From contig OZ260665.1 of NCBI GenBank assembly GCA_965285935.1, forward strand, positions 24,118,001-24,182,000: DNA of 64,000 nt, given 5' to 3'. This document shows positions 26,801 to 39,311 of this stretch, piece by piece. Made by a program: the position numbers and the translations under genes. Numbering within the stretch: position 1 is the stretch's first letter; every line of letters begins with the position of its first letter. The notes beneath the pieces were generated by a model, which worked only from the letters and a program-made list of their open reading frames with translations, searched no databases and was not told the DNA's origin. This DNA comes from Ophelia neglecta. Lineage: Eukaryota.

Positions 26801-27457
26801 GACAACAAATAGCAACGTGTGAAACAATCTTCTGTGGGTGGAAGGGCCGAGCTTTCTAATGACCAAATTATCTGTATACTATGTCTGCTAATTACATTGC
26901 AGAAAAAACAGACCAAACTAATAACAACATGAATTTGAACTTAGTTTGGTAAAAGAAAAAAAAACTGTGTACGGATGTGTTGATAAGACAACATACAGGA
27001 GGCTGGAGGTGTTGGTGTGCCATGTATTGTAGATCACAATTTATTATAGTAAATATCTTAAAATGAATTATAGGGATTGTCTGAAAAAAAGATACCCCCC
27101 CCCCCCCCCGGCAACGAATATTATCGGCATTGATGAATAAAGGTAAATACAATAAGAATCACTGCTAGTTTCAAATTAAGATTGCAAAGGTTTAAGGTGT
27201 ACAATCAGAACAGAACATAGCCTTTTTGAAAAACGTATTTGAGGACTGGTAAAGCAACACCAGGTAGACTAATGAATCAACTTTCATATGGTATAGCAAA
27301 TGTATCAACTACTGTATATGAAAATGAATCACTGAAATGACAAAAAAAAATCACTTTTTCTGTTATGTGTTATTACATTTGTCTTCTCAATATTATATCA
27401 ATCATTTCAGGAAGTCATTTACAGATTTCAAGGCGAACTCCATGGTTTACTGACTAT

Positions 27458-29604
27458 TTTATTTAATACGTTCCGTGTGTATTCACATGTGGAATCGCAA
27501 CAAACAAGTAGTTAATCTTGCAAATACGAATAGGGCTTTTAACATTCATACAACTCTGTATAACAGGCCTTTGATGTACGAAACAAAATACAATATTTAC
27601 AAGTTCCCCACTTAAAGTAGTAATACATTCCAATAGTCTATTTGAGTTCGCATATAATTGTAACAATAATTTCATAATAAGCTATTAATCTGCATAACTA
27701 TTATTATATCTGCAGAGTTTGTGGAGGCTTTACGACAGTCTATTTCAAATGTTACAGACACACACCTGCACACACACAGAGTCACCCAATAATACTCAAT
27801 AAATTTAACGTTATAATTAAACAGTTAGTCTGATTTAAAGTTTAAAAGATTCAAACCCTTGTCTTACTTGATTTACTAGTCGTGTTAAAAAAGTTCACTG
27901 CAGTAAGTGTGTCTTACCACATTTCTATGTATTGTTTTACCTGCTTAAAACAGGTGATGTCTGAATATCGCACCAACAAATATACCTCAACCAACATATA
28001 GGCGAAATGCTAAACCATAGTTTAGCCTTAAATTTTAATCATTATGTTCTTAATTATGCCTTATAGTTTCCTTAATCATTATATCTGTATTCGTTTTTGT
28101 GTGCAAGATAAGCGAACTTGAGCAAAATTACTGACAAATTAGTTAACTCTTCAAAGCAATAAACATACCGCTATTAATCTGTTTCCGTCATAGATACCGG
28201 AACTAAGTTTTGCCTACGAAAGTTGTATCGGGCTCTCAGGTGCCTATCGAAGGCTCAAAATTAACATTAATCCCTATAACCTATTTCGGTTCGGTTATAA
28301 GGAAAGTCTGCAGGAGTCCATCACAAATATATTTATATATATATCATATTCTTGAAATTGTCCTAAGTATTTACTTACGAATGTACAAAAAGTGACTAAA
28401 GCCTTGACCCCACTTCGTATAAATCACAGACTCTAAACGACCCGGCGGTCCAACTTGCCGCCAAAGTGCATGACTGGCCACTGGGCTGAGTATTAAGTCC
28501 TATATTATCGCTCAGAATAGAAACTATAATTATTATTTACAAAATTGCACCCAGGCATGGATACATTCTAGCAAGCCTATACGTGTTCCATTTGTGCAAG
28601 GTTCAGTGTGAGCACGTACACTGTGGCAACATACATGTGCAAAAACAACTACCGAACTGTAGAAAACTTGTTTATATTAAACTAAGATTTGACAATTAAT
28701 TTACTATGTACATGTACCAATAATACTTCGATCCTGTAATGGCTATCCTTCGGACTCCTTGATAAATATGTGTCGTTCATATACCAATGCTATTGACCCC
28801 TAGCATCGACAAAAGCTCTCTCTAAATATAAGTATAGAATTATCAATTTTCTCTTAAGCGCATCATTGAAATTACCGCTATGCTTAATCCTAACTAGGGC
28901 AAGTCTTATTTCTAACAACTAACTTATACCGTGATTAATTCACAGAAAAAGTCCAAACGCAGGTTCGTCGCGTTTTGTAAACGCATCTTCTCAAATACTG
29001 CACCCAAATTGTATATCACAGATTATTGCTTTCAAAAGAGTAAGCTCCAGTGGTAAAAATATAATTTACATTGTTTCAAATGTACAGCGATTTATACAAT
29101 ATATCGTACACTATATACAAACGCTCACACCGAACGTCTGAATCTAAAACAACACCCAATAGGAACTATTTGTACATAGTACATAGCCGACATTTTTCGG
29201 ACCAATCAAGTCCGACTCAGAACTATTTGTACATAGTACATAGCCGACATTTTTCGGACCAATCAAGTCCGACTCAGACTGTGATTGGGGAGTGCATTAC
29301 GTCCTCAGAATGCTGAGTCGTATACTACTCTTGGAAAGGGCTATACTACTTACACTGGATACAACTAATCAATTTCAAAACAGAGGGGTGAGCAATTTCT
29401 AGTTTGATAGCTAAAGGCATGTTTAACAAACATACATACATTAATACATTGTAACTGTAATACACAACATGAATCGAGCAAAGTCGATGAAGTCTACTAA
29501 CATGGGATCATATTTACATAAATGCAGATAAACACAACACGATACAATGAAATTGATATTTTGAGATTGTTGAAAAGCTTCAGCTGAGCCATTTATGGCA
29601 TTTA
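27458..29604 (-). other. Putative Nav2 3' UTR
   Basis: AT-rich region downstream of the stop; AATAAA on the minus strand at 27458-27463 (another at 27040-27045); five TGTANATA elements. True end unknown. Confidence 0.5.
29163..29276. repeat. Perfect 57-bp tandem duplication
   Basis: 29163-29219 is identical to 29220-29276. Confidence 0.93.
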
Positions 29605-30854
29605 CTATACTTGTACGTCGTGGTCTGAGGGTAACCTAATATCGCTCGCGGTGGGCACCTGCAGAGTCTTAGCGCCGGAAGTCATCTTCTTCTGTTGTGC
29701 CGTTGAGCTCGCCTGAATAGTTCTTTGGCTGGAGGAGCTCCCTGGGCGCGGGCTCGCAGGCACCGTGTTAACACTCGGCCTCCTGGAAGCGGCCCCGCTG
29801 TTAACACTCGGCCTTCTAGAATTACCTAAGCTAGGTGACCTGTTTCCTGACGCCTCCATGGCCATTTGTGTAATAGCCCGGATGCTCTTCTGGGCCTTGT
29901 GCTTGCGCCAGCACCGCTGCAGAGTTTTGGCGGCGACGTCCTCCTTTTTGCGTCGCATGGTGGAACTCCTGACCTTCTGATGCGACCTTGTGGGAAACGC
30001 TTCCCTGTGTTTCTCCTCCATTTGCGACTTGAGGTCGCGGAACTCCTCTGAATCCTCCACGCCACCCAGTACATGTTTAACGAGGCTGGTTAGTATATCC
30101 AGACAATGGAGACGGTCTCCCTCGTAGATTGGCAAATCGAACGCCACCAGCGCGATCTCGTTCGGTTTGGCCATACCGAGCGGCTGATCGAGATCCGCCA
30201 CGAAGTCGCTGAGGTGCTCATATTTGATAAACTGAGTCGCGTGCGGGTCGTAGCGTTCCCAAATGACGTAAAACATCTCAAAGTCGTCTTCTGTTATCCC
30301 CACCTCCTCCTGTTCGTGAGCCTGACTAAAGTTTTCCAGGATCACGGCGATATACATGTTTATAATAATCAGGTATGTGACAATCACGAACGACACCATG
30401 TAAAACACGGCTAATCCACTGTTGCCACAGTCACCGTTCGATATGGCTTTCTTTCTGCCGTCTGGCATTGTCATATAGTTCGGATCACAATCCGGCTCAC
30501 CTAACATGAGCGGCTCAAGGATATCATTCCAGCCAGCCGCGGTGGTCAGCCGGAACAACAGTAAAATACTATTACCAAATGTCTGAAAGTTCACAACATT
30601 ATCCATCCTTCCGGTGAGTTTCACGTTACCAAAAGTGGTCATTCCAAATATGGCATAGATAAATATGAGAAGAAATAACAGCATGGCGATGTTGAATAGT
30701 GCGGGTAGCGAGATCACGAGAGCAAAGAGCAGTTTACGAATGCCCTTGGCCGCCTTGATGAGACGCAAGACGCGTCCAATACGAAAGACCCGTACAACGC
30801 GCAGCAGGCTGGGAGTGACAAACACACTCCTCAGAATGTCGTCAAGGACCACTC
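29605..30854 (-). CDS. Nav2: Nav2 last coding exon: DIV S4-S6 (filter residue A) and C-terminus
   Basis: ttccag|GA...TAG; LLRVVRVFRIGRVLRLIKAAKGIRKLLF, TTAAGWND, INMYIAVILENF, EF-hand-like region, IQ-like LQRCWRKHK, ends DHDVQV*; 1250 nt. Confidence 0.96.
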
Positions 30855-32953
30855 CTGGAAAATAGTCAACATACATGGTTAGAAGTGAGCATTGTATATC
30901 TAAAAAGGATATATCTTGCAGTATGCAAAAATAGTTGTTATTTATATTCAGTTTTGAAGAGTAGGCGTGCTCATGTATAAGAGAATGGGCAACAAAATAG
31001 CCACGCGTCGTATCATCTAAATATCTTCTTGCTTTTATTGGTTTTAATGTTCTTTGTATGCCAATACATGCGATAAAACATCACCATATAAATTTCGAAG
31101 ATTCCGATGAATAATGAAATAATGCTATCATCAATTAATTGGTTTCTGTGTGGAAGAGTAAAACAGATTAGATATACATGTATAGGGCCTATATAGACTA
31201 CAAGGTTGACTGTGCCACTCTCATACAGATACTAGGGTCGCACACGGTATATGTCGTGTTTCTTAATACTGTATTCTTATGAGAAATTTCCACATTTACT
31301 GTACATTGGTAATCCAATGAAAGGCTACGCATTCCACGGAGTGACACTGGTTATCTAACGACATAGCTCAGCAGACGACGGAATGCGTGGATGTCATGAC
31401 ATGAACGCTAGTGTCACGTGCTTGTCACCAGCCAAGAAGCGTGTAGTGAAGATGTTATCGTGTAAACGATTTCAAAAAAATTGTCATTGTTTTCCTTCGG
31501 ATTCACTGGAATTCATAAATCAGTAATATACCTTAATTTTCCTAAATAGTTTGGTCAGCTTAAAAAAATTGCCCTATAGCTTATGATGAAATAACAAATG
31601 TACCGATCGGTTTTTACGACATAACTTGCGGTAAGACTGCACGCGGCTGCGCTGATTTTGGGTAGCACTATACGTTGTGGGAAGTAGGGGTACGGTGGGG
31701 TGGGGTGGCGTGAGTGAGGGGACGAGGGTGCCTGATGTTATAAATCATCCTGAATTTAAAACAGGAGTAGGCCGGGAGGGGGGGGGGGGGTATGCGGAGG
31801 AGGGTTTGGAGGGGACTTGGGGGCAAGGACGGCGGTTATTTATTGTTGCCTGAGAATAGAAAATTACGCGCTGGTCCAGGGGTTGGACTGACGGCAGCGA
31901 ACTAGTTTTCTAATCATTAATATACGAGGAACGAGGAAATATATGAAATACTGAACTAATTATGATCTCCGTCGCCGCAGCTGTAACATAAAAAAAGTTG
32001 CACCAGACAGAAAAGATAAACTGAAGAGAAAAGCAGTATAGATAGACCTTTCCAAATATGACATTGGAGACATGAACCGAGAAATGAACCGACTGGGATT
32101 GCCCCTGTTTCCATTATAGCAATACTCGTTCACATGATTGATGGCGTAAAGAATGCCCATTTTTCCAATCAACATCTCATTTCTGTTGAAGTAAAAGAAC
32201 CTGAAGGAAATCCTGTCTACTAGACTCCCGATATAATGGACCTGCTTGCTTTAAATGGGGTGCTACATATTTCATAACACAGGCTTGAACAATAAAATAC
32301 ACTATTCTGACATCCCCAATTAATCGGTTATATAATATACGCTACTATAGAAGCTCGAAAAACAGGGTAGTATAGATCTTAGTCATTGTAACTATGTTAT
32401 TATCAATTTCAAACTAAGCACAGATAGGGGTATTTATCAGTGAAGACGTCCCCGCAGATCGGCGGTGTTAAGGGTATTACAGAGCAGACGACACAGACCA
32501 GTAAGGGTACAGCATTTGTTTCCCGAATAAATAGATCCCAATAAGGTGGCCAGCTGAAGGGAGTTTTTGACGCTAATCACAGACTTGCATACTGCATGAT
32601 TAGACGAGGACGGAAATTAGAATAACCTAATGCCTAGTTGGAAAAGGACAACCATAGATATGAAAATCTATTTTAAATGTGACTAGATCATCGCAAGACA
32701 GTCGTTATCCGTATGTTGTTACCGGCAGGCATGTTTTAACCGTGAGTCGTTACCGGTTTGGGCGATGGCGAGACGACGGCCGGTAGGCCTAATCGATAAG
32801 GCGGTGGTTTAAAACTGACGAGTCAGCACAATGACAGAGGCAACATAAAATATCTTGACTTCTATATAAATCACCTTAAACAAGATGATTCATTGTTATA
32901 TTCTACCGACTATTCCAGAAAGAAAAGTAGGCCTATTATCCGCGGAAGCTTAC

Positions 32954-33224
32954 CTACGACGGAGAGAATGACGATAATAAAATCGAAGACATTCCAAGCC
33001 CGGCGGAAGTAATGCCACCTCATGCCAATGATCTTGACAATGGCCTCCAGGGTGAAGATTGTGGTGAATATGATGTTCATGATATCCAGAGCGTCCGTGT
33101 ACGCCACGGACTGGTTGTAGTGTTCGACCGCCATGGCCGCCATGTTTAGGAAGATAAGTATCACGATGGCTAGCTCGAATTTGGTGCTCATTGACACGTC
33201 GAAGAAGAAACGCTGTACTGCGTT
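32954..33224 (-). CDS. Nav2: Nav2 exon: DIV S1-S3
   Basis: tttcag|AAC...G|gtaagc; NAVQRFFFDVSMSTKFELAIVILIFLNMAAMAVEHY...AWNVFDFIIVILSVV; 271 nt. Confidence 0.94.
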
Positions 33225-34984
33225 CTGAAAAGGAGAAGAACATATCAGTCTACTGTCGAAATAATTCATATTTGTTTAAATTACATACAAAAGTTGTAAT
33301 ATATATGACTTAAATTTGTTTGCACAAAATAAAGTTTCATATAAACTATAAAGTGGTACTCTGCCCATGGACAATGATACCAAAAGCCTTTTAATAAATG
33401 TTTAAATCGTACTTTCAGGATTTGGAGTCATTCAATTTCCAGGTGTTGATTTCATTAAAGCAGACGACATTTTTAACTTACCATGCATGGATTCTGGAAA
33501 AATCCATTTGAGAAGATGGAACAAACGTTGATTAACATATTTCAAGCGATGATTTTAACTATTTACTCTGGCGTATATGATTGCCCAATAATAATAGACC
33601 TGTCTTAATATATTAATTATTGAAACTTCTAATATTTTTTCGGTCTGCTTTATTTAATTTACGATATTGTAATGATATAATTTTCCAAAGTGGATCGAAA
33701 TTAGCTTGGATGGGATAATTCGGAGTGCAGATTCTCGTATTAAAACTCTTTACGTCTAGATTTCTGCCTCTGACAATATCTGAATTCGAAGATTATTTGA
33801 GATATTCGTACAGAAAAGACTTGGAGACCAAGAAGATTGATTGAGATCATTCGTTAAAGCATTCCTGTGACCTTGTCACATCTACACTGATACGAAGGGC
33901 GTTTCTTGATGGTGATCGAGTGACTTTTGAAATTCGTATTCCACCAACTTCATCCTATTCATGCAACAAACCCAATTTAATGTGATTCCTTCCACTGGTC
34001 AAAATAAAAAGTTGGCATAATACACTGAACATGACCATGGGACTGTTGATTTAATAGCATATCGTTCACAATAAATGATTCCGTATCCTGTCAGACATGC
34101 TCAGAACATTGATCAGTGAAACTTGATTAGCAAGCTTAAGGTACTAGTAGTCGTGATTTAGATGATAGAGAGCTTAAGATGTTTTGGGAAATGTCCGAAA
34201 GCGAACCGTGGGGTCCTGCCAACCAGGTAAAATGACACCTACGGTGGACACATACAGTCCTGACGCTGCTTGTGTGGACTATCTTGCACGGTTGGCTCAC
34301 CTTTCGTGGACAGACACGTCTATAAAATCTAGAACTCCCTAATAATGGACAGAGTGATGGAAGAGTGAACGTGACTGAGGATATTATGCCATTTTGTTCC
34401 GTAACATCAACTGATGAGCAACTTAGTCTTTTAAAAGTTGTGATTTATTTGGAGTAGACTTCGGCCATTGCAATGTTTATAATTGTGTCTGGGTTGATTA
34501 TGGTTTGAGCTATACAAGAGCACGCATGCGCCATCTACTGCCAAGCTCCATGCGAGTTTTACAAACCTCGCACTGTTGGATGGTAAAGATTATTAATCTT
34601 TAATTATAAATTAGCAAATGAAGGAGAGCCCAGGTGATAAATTTACCCAACCGTTTTTTTAATATTTGAATTTAAACAATATATCATTTTTTTAAATTTG
34701 AATTTTTATAACCATTTTTTTAAATGTAAATGTTATATACCATGAATGTATTAATAAATTAGGTATTATATCGAAGGTATTAAGGCTATGTATACATTGA
34801 AATGAGCACAAACAAAATATGCCTAATTTTGAGTCTGAAGAGATTACCGTTGAAAGGGAAGTAGTACGAGAAAGTAGTCGGTGGAACAAAAAACCGATCT
34901 AAGTCTCGTTTGTTTTCTAGTATTTGTTTTATATTGAACATATCTCGATAATCTAATTTTATAAAAAAATATTCAAGTATATAC

Positions 34985-35095
34985 CTTCGGTCGTTTGATG
35001 GTTTTCTGTGGTTTTCTCGCTCCTAGTTTTTTCATAGTGTTGTAGTAGTTTTTCTGATTCTGCGTTAGTAGCATATCTATGTAACCTCCCTCATA
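34985..35095 (-). CDS. Nav2: Nav2 exon: III-IV linker (inactivation gate)
   Basis: ctacag|TAT...AAG|gtatat; YEGGYIDMLLTQNQKNYYNTMKKLGARKPQKTIKRPK; 111 nt. Confidence 0.93.
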
Positions 35096-35284
35096 CTGTA
35101 GATAAAAACGATCATCACGGATATATCATCGATTTAAGACAACAAGAAACATCATATAATCAAAGCTCTAAATTTGGAACAGGTATACACTGTGATTTGT
35201 CAATGAAAAATAGTTATTTTATCAACAACAGAAATTGATAAATTCAATCATTTATTACAGAACAACATTCTAGAAGCTGGTCAC

Positions 35285-35422
35285 CTTTTTTTTGAGCATG
35301 TTAAAGTTATCGACTATGACACTGATGAAGAGGTTGAGGGTGAAGAACGAGCCAACAATGATGAAGGTGACGAAGAACCAGTAGGCATGGAAACTGGCTT
35401 CTTGACGTGGCTGCTCGTCCAC
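35285..35422 (-). CDS. Nav2: Nav2 exon: DIII S6
   Basis: ttttag|GTG...AAG|gtgacc; [46 protein letters not shown]; 138 nt. Confidence 0.93.
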
Positions 35423-35680
35423 CTAAAACCAAACAACCAAACAGTTAAAAGTATTTTACATTTAAACTTCGTCCCTGTCAATAGCTTTTTCTAGTGACTC
35501 CAAAATTCCGAGTTGAGCCTATCAATGGGGCCGAGATTTGCGTTTCGGCAAACAAAATCGTATTGTACATTAAAAGCCAACTCTTCAAGGCTACAAAAGG
35601 GGACCCGAAAATGAACAGATAGGTTAACGCTAATTTTATTTTCATAATATATTATATTTTTATAGTGTGTATAAACCTAC

Positions 35681-35806
35681 AGCAGTTGAGTCGACGGCGT
35701 CATCCATGACTTCCATCCAGCCCTCAAAAGTCGCCACTTGGAACAGAGCCAAGTATCCCGTGATTACATTGTCGAAATTCACTTTGGAGTTCAGCCACCG
35801 ATAGCC
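35681..35806 (-). CDS. Nav2: Nav2 exon: DIII P-loop (filter residue E)
   Basis: tttcag|GGC...GCT|gtaggt; [42 protein letters not shown]; 126 nt. Confidence 0.93.
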
Positions 35807-36121
35807 CTGAAAGGCAAATACACACGTTAGCTAATATAACTATTTTCAGCCTAGTTAATTATTCACAAGCGTGGCTTTGTGATCTTAATGGATTTGCTAT
35901 ATGCAGCACAAATCATTTTTTATTTTAAACGCTGGCCTAAAACAACTCAAACACATGTTGTATGCTTAAGAATACAAATAAGCCAGAGGGTGATTTAGCA
36001 CGCTAATTCTAGAAAAGTTGTTTCAGATTAAGGAATTCTTTATATACGAGTGAAGCTGAGCGTAGTTTGCTCCATAGATAACTCAAGTACGTACAGAAAA
36101 AGAACAGAAGGTGCACACAAT

Positions 36122-36235
36122 CAGGGGCGTAGGAAGGTATTTCAGAGTGGTCCGGCCATTAGCCGGCGGCGAGCACGAAGTGCGACGCAATGCTAGGGGG
36201 TCCCGGGGGCATGCCCCCCCCCCCCAATTCTTTAA
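36122..36235 (+). mobile_element. Probable non-autonomous DNA transposon (hAT-like) terminal fragment
   Basis: Begins CAGGGGCGTAG and contains GGGGGTCCCGGGGGCATGCCCCCCC, a pattern I associate with marine-invertebrate MITEs; no second TIR found. Confidence 0.45.
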
Positions 36236-36260
36236 AGAAAGATTACCGCTCGCTTCTTAC

Positions 36261-36461
36261 CAGATGGGTGTTATTTTCACAGGTCGCCCTGTCTGGAACG
36301 AGCGTGTGATTCACTCTTTCCCCGGTGTCGTCGACACATTTATAGAATTTTCCACCAAAAAGTTGAACGCCTGCGATTGAGAAGATAAGCCAGAAGACGA
36401 GGCAGACGAGCAGCACGTTGACAATGGCGGGAATCGCGTACACCAGGGCGTTAACAACGAT
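36261..36461 (-). CDS. Nav2: Nav2 exon: DIII S5 and extracellular loop
   Basis: tttcag|ATC...CTG|gtaaga; IVVNALVYAIPAIVNVLLVCLVFWLIFSIAGVQLFGGKFYKCVD...; 201 nt. Confidence 0.93.
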
Positions 36462-37587
36462 CTGAAAACAATAAAATTTTAAAATGTTTGGGTCACAATT
36501 AAGCATAATTCATTAAGGTCACGTCACGTGTCCTATGCAGTTTTAATAACAGTAAACAGAGAATACAATAAGGTACAATTAGGTAATAGAGCAGTCACAG
36601 TGAGTATACATAACAGTACCGGAAATGATCAAGTAATAATAAACTAGGTCACCGGTGGGTTTTACAATCAAGGTCAATTTTGTCACTGAGCCGTGAAAAT
36701 GTTTCTTGCATATACATGTTTTAAAAAGCTGGTTCAATAAATGTTGCAATAGCGCTAATGCACTTCAGAGCTAAAGGCTGATTACCTTAAATTCATACAG
36801 GCCGAACTAAAGGATAAAGCAGGCACGACTAAAACAACTGATCACAGAACCAGCATAGAGCCATAAACAGGAATACATTTACACAAATCTGTGTGTTTGT
36901 CATCCATGTAATCAAACTGATCAGCAAGTGATTGGAGTCATTCATTCCACGACGAGGGAAGGCAAAGTCGAAAGATGGGTTTTAGAGATGAATGTTTTTA
37001 TGATAGAAATGCCAAATACATGTGAAATAAACAGGCCTGATATATGAGACATACAACAATCGAACGGAGGTTTCTAAAAGTGAACTCTGACGATATCAAA
37101 CGACAAAGAGACTGGATTGGACAACGAAGGTTGATTTAATATTGGAGCTTTGAAATAAGCAAACATACTAATTCCTGAAGCGATTCCAAACAGTAATTGA
37201 CAAAACGTTGATTATTTTGGTCAATTAAGCAAAATTAAAAGTTATATGCTTCACTGGCAATCAGTCATAAGTGGTATCCATAGTCAGCAAATAAAATGTT
37301 TCGGGTGCAAAAGCGTTACTAAGCATTTATGTATGCACACTATAAACTCTCTATCGGAAACTGAAATTGAATATAGGCCCTATAGTCCTCTGGTTTGTGC
37401 CCCTAGCTATTGGCCAAGAAATAATACTAGATCTATCATAAGGTCATATACATCCCTGACCATTTTAACTAATACTAATTAATTATAAATTAAACTTTAA
37501 TAAGTATCATACTATATTACACCATATGGCATGATAGTTTGCTTGGACATTGATTGGATGATAATTCAGGAGGCGTGGCCTACTTAC

Positions 37588-37710
37588 CCTCATGCCTTGC
37601 CACCGAGAGATGGCGCGTAGAGGTCGTAGGGCTCTCAGCGTCCGCAGGGCTCGAAATGATGATATTTGCTCCGACCCAGAGGAGGCAGCAGCAAGACTAA
37701 CCAAACTTAT
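37588..37710 (-). CDS. Nav2: Nav2 exon: DIII S3-S4
   Basis: tttcag|ATA...AGG|gtaagt; ISLVSLAAASSGSEQISSFRALRTLRALRPLRAISRWQGMR; 123 nt. Confidence 0.94.
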
Positions 37711-37869
37711 CTGAAATCATAAGATAACTTGGACATCTGTTCGTCGGGTGGGAAACTCTTTTTGGTGTAGCCTACGCAAGTGAGCGTTATTTCGGAATCG
37801 GCGAAATAGGCCTAAACCTGTATTAATAAATATATACTATACTTATATCATAACTGGAAGGAAACTTAC

Positions 37870-38043
37870 GATAACGATACAAAAGTCTAGAATGGTCCAA
37901 AAACTAGTGAAATACTTCTTGAAGCCGATAGCGATCCATTTCATGAGCATCTCTATCACAAACACCACCACAAAGACGATATCCAGGTACTGAAGGACCT
38001 GTTTGGTCCCGGGTTTATCGTCCAGGTAAATGTCTTCAAAACA
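37870..38043 (-). CDS. Nav2: Nav2 exon: DIII S2-S3
   Basis: aaccag|TGT...ATC|gtaagt; CFEDIYLDDKPG...EMLMKWIAIGFKKYFTSFWTILDFCIVI; 174 nt. Confidence 0.93.
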
Positions 38044-38306
38044 CTGGTTACAACGAAATGGACAAAATCAAAAATAGTACTATACGTTAATACATACCCA
38101 TAAACATGCCACAGTGATTATTGAATTCAAATTTTGATTTATTGAAGAAACAAACTAACGTTAGTAGAATAGGCATACATTGACTGGACTTTAAATTATG
38201 TCTAATTTTATTGCAAAAACAAGGAATAAACAGATATATCCCTAAGGAATAAGAGGTATGCGTGATATTATTACTTCCGGTGTAAATAGAACTCATATCA
38301 ACCTAC

Positions 38307-38451
38307 CAAACATAAACTACTCGCGAAGATGACAAAAAGAATGGTGTACTCGAACACTTTGTGTTCTGTGATCTTGTGGATTTTCTTGCGGAACATTATC
38401 CATTTCCTTCCCCACTCTTTCTCTTCGATGGTCAACCACGAAGTGCAACAC
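38307..38451 (-). CDS. Nav2: Nav2 exon: DIII S1
   Basis: cggcag|G...TTG|gtaggt; CCTSWLTIEEKEWGRKWIMFRKKIHKITEHKVFEYTILFVIFASSLCL; 145 nt. Confidence 0.92.
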
Positions 38452-38702
38452 CTGCCGGGGAATGAGTGTATTCATAACACGATTAACAGCTGCTGACACA
38501 AGAGATTTAAATTTCACATCACATGCGGTCAATATACATTGCTTCCAGCATATACATCCGATGTAATAAAGAGATTAACTTCGTTAGTAGTATCGAGTTT
38601 TAACATATGTCTCATATTGGCGTATCTTTCATGCGATGCCACTACTGGGAATAAAAAAGGAACTATACAATGGATACGGTTTTGTGTAGTTGAAGCTTTC
38701 AC

Positions 38703-38812
38703 CTTTTCATACAGAACATTGGAAAGCAATCTTCGATGTCCCCAGGCTTCTTGGTGGGAACTTCATCTTCGTCTTCTACAACCTTGTCGTTTACTTGGAT
38801 CGAGGGCGTCTC
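38703..38812 (-). CDS. Nav2: Nav2 exon: end of II-III linker
   Basis: tatcag|GAG...AG|gtgaaa; ETPSIQVNDKVVEDEDEVPTKKPGDIEDCFPMFCMK; contains the EDCF motif seen in Nav II-III linkers; 110 nt. Confidence 0.87.
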
Positions 38813-39158
38813 CTGATAAAAGGTTAAGTGGGTTTACATGGCAAGCAAAACTTCAAATTCCCGGAGAAATGAAGAGAGTGCTTCTATTACTAGCATTTAG
38901 AGTAAACATTGCATAGACCAGTATGAATGTCTTAACTGGCTTTTTAACTAACCAAACAGGTCTGAGATGAGATAAATATTGCACGCAAAGATGAATAATA
39001 ACAATAATATAGTGGATAAATGGACGATTGTCCAAAGATGATATCTATGGTGACCTTATCTGACTGAATATCTGTGGCTTGAGGCGAACATTAACCTCAT
39101 TCGTGGGAACCGTCTCCACACTGTTACTTTTCCTTGACAACAGTATCACGATCATTAC

Positions 39159-39311
39159 CTTCTTTTTGGAGTCTGTCTTCTGGTCGTCTGCCTTGCTGTC
39201 ACTATCTTCTTTGGCTTCTTTGTCTTTTTCTTCCTCGCCTCCTTTTTTGCCTAAAGCGCTGGAGAACTTGGAGAACTGGCTCCTCTCTGTCTTGAAAGCG
39301 GCGTCCATACC
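39159..39311 (-). CDS. Nav2: Nav2 exon: II-III linker
   Basis: tggtag|GGT...AAG|gtaatg; GMDAAFKTERSQFSKFSSALGKKGGEEEKDK...DSKKK; 153 nt, phase 0-0. Confidence 0.83.

Noticed and set aside
16690-29605. Functional link between the adjacent Nav2 and BMP3-like genes
   Set aside because: Same-strand neighbours about 12.6 kb apart; nothing in the sequence indicates coupling and no synteny data are available.
30523-30537. DIV outer-ring AGWND (Nav1: AGWDG) as an evolved tetrodotoxin-resistance change
   Set aside because: As far as I recall this state is general in Nav2/DSC1-type channels, so it is not evidence of lineage-specific adaptation, and the organism is unknown.
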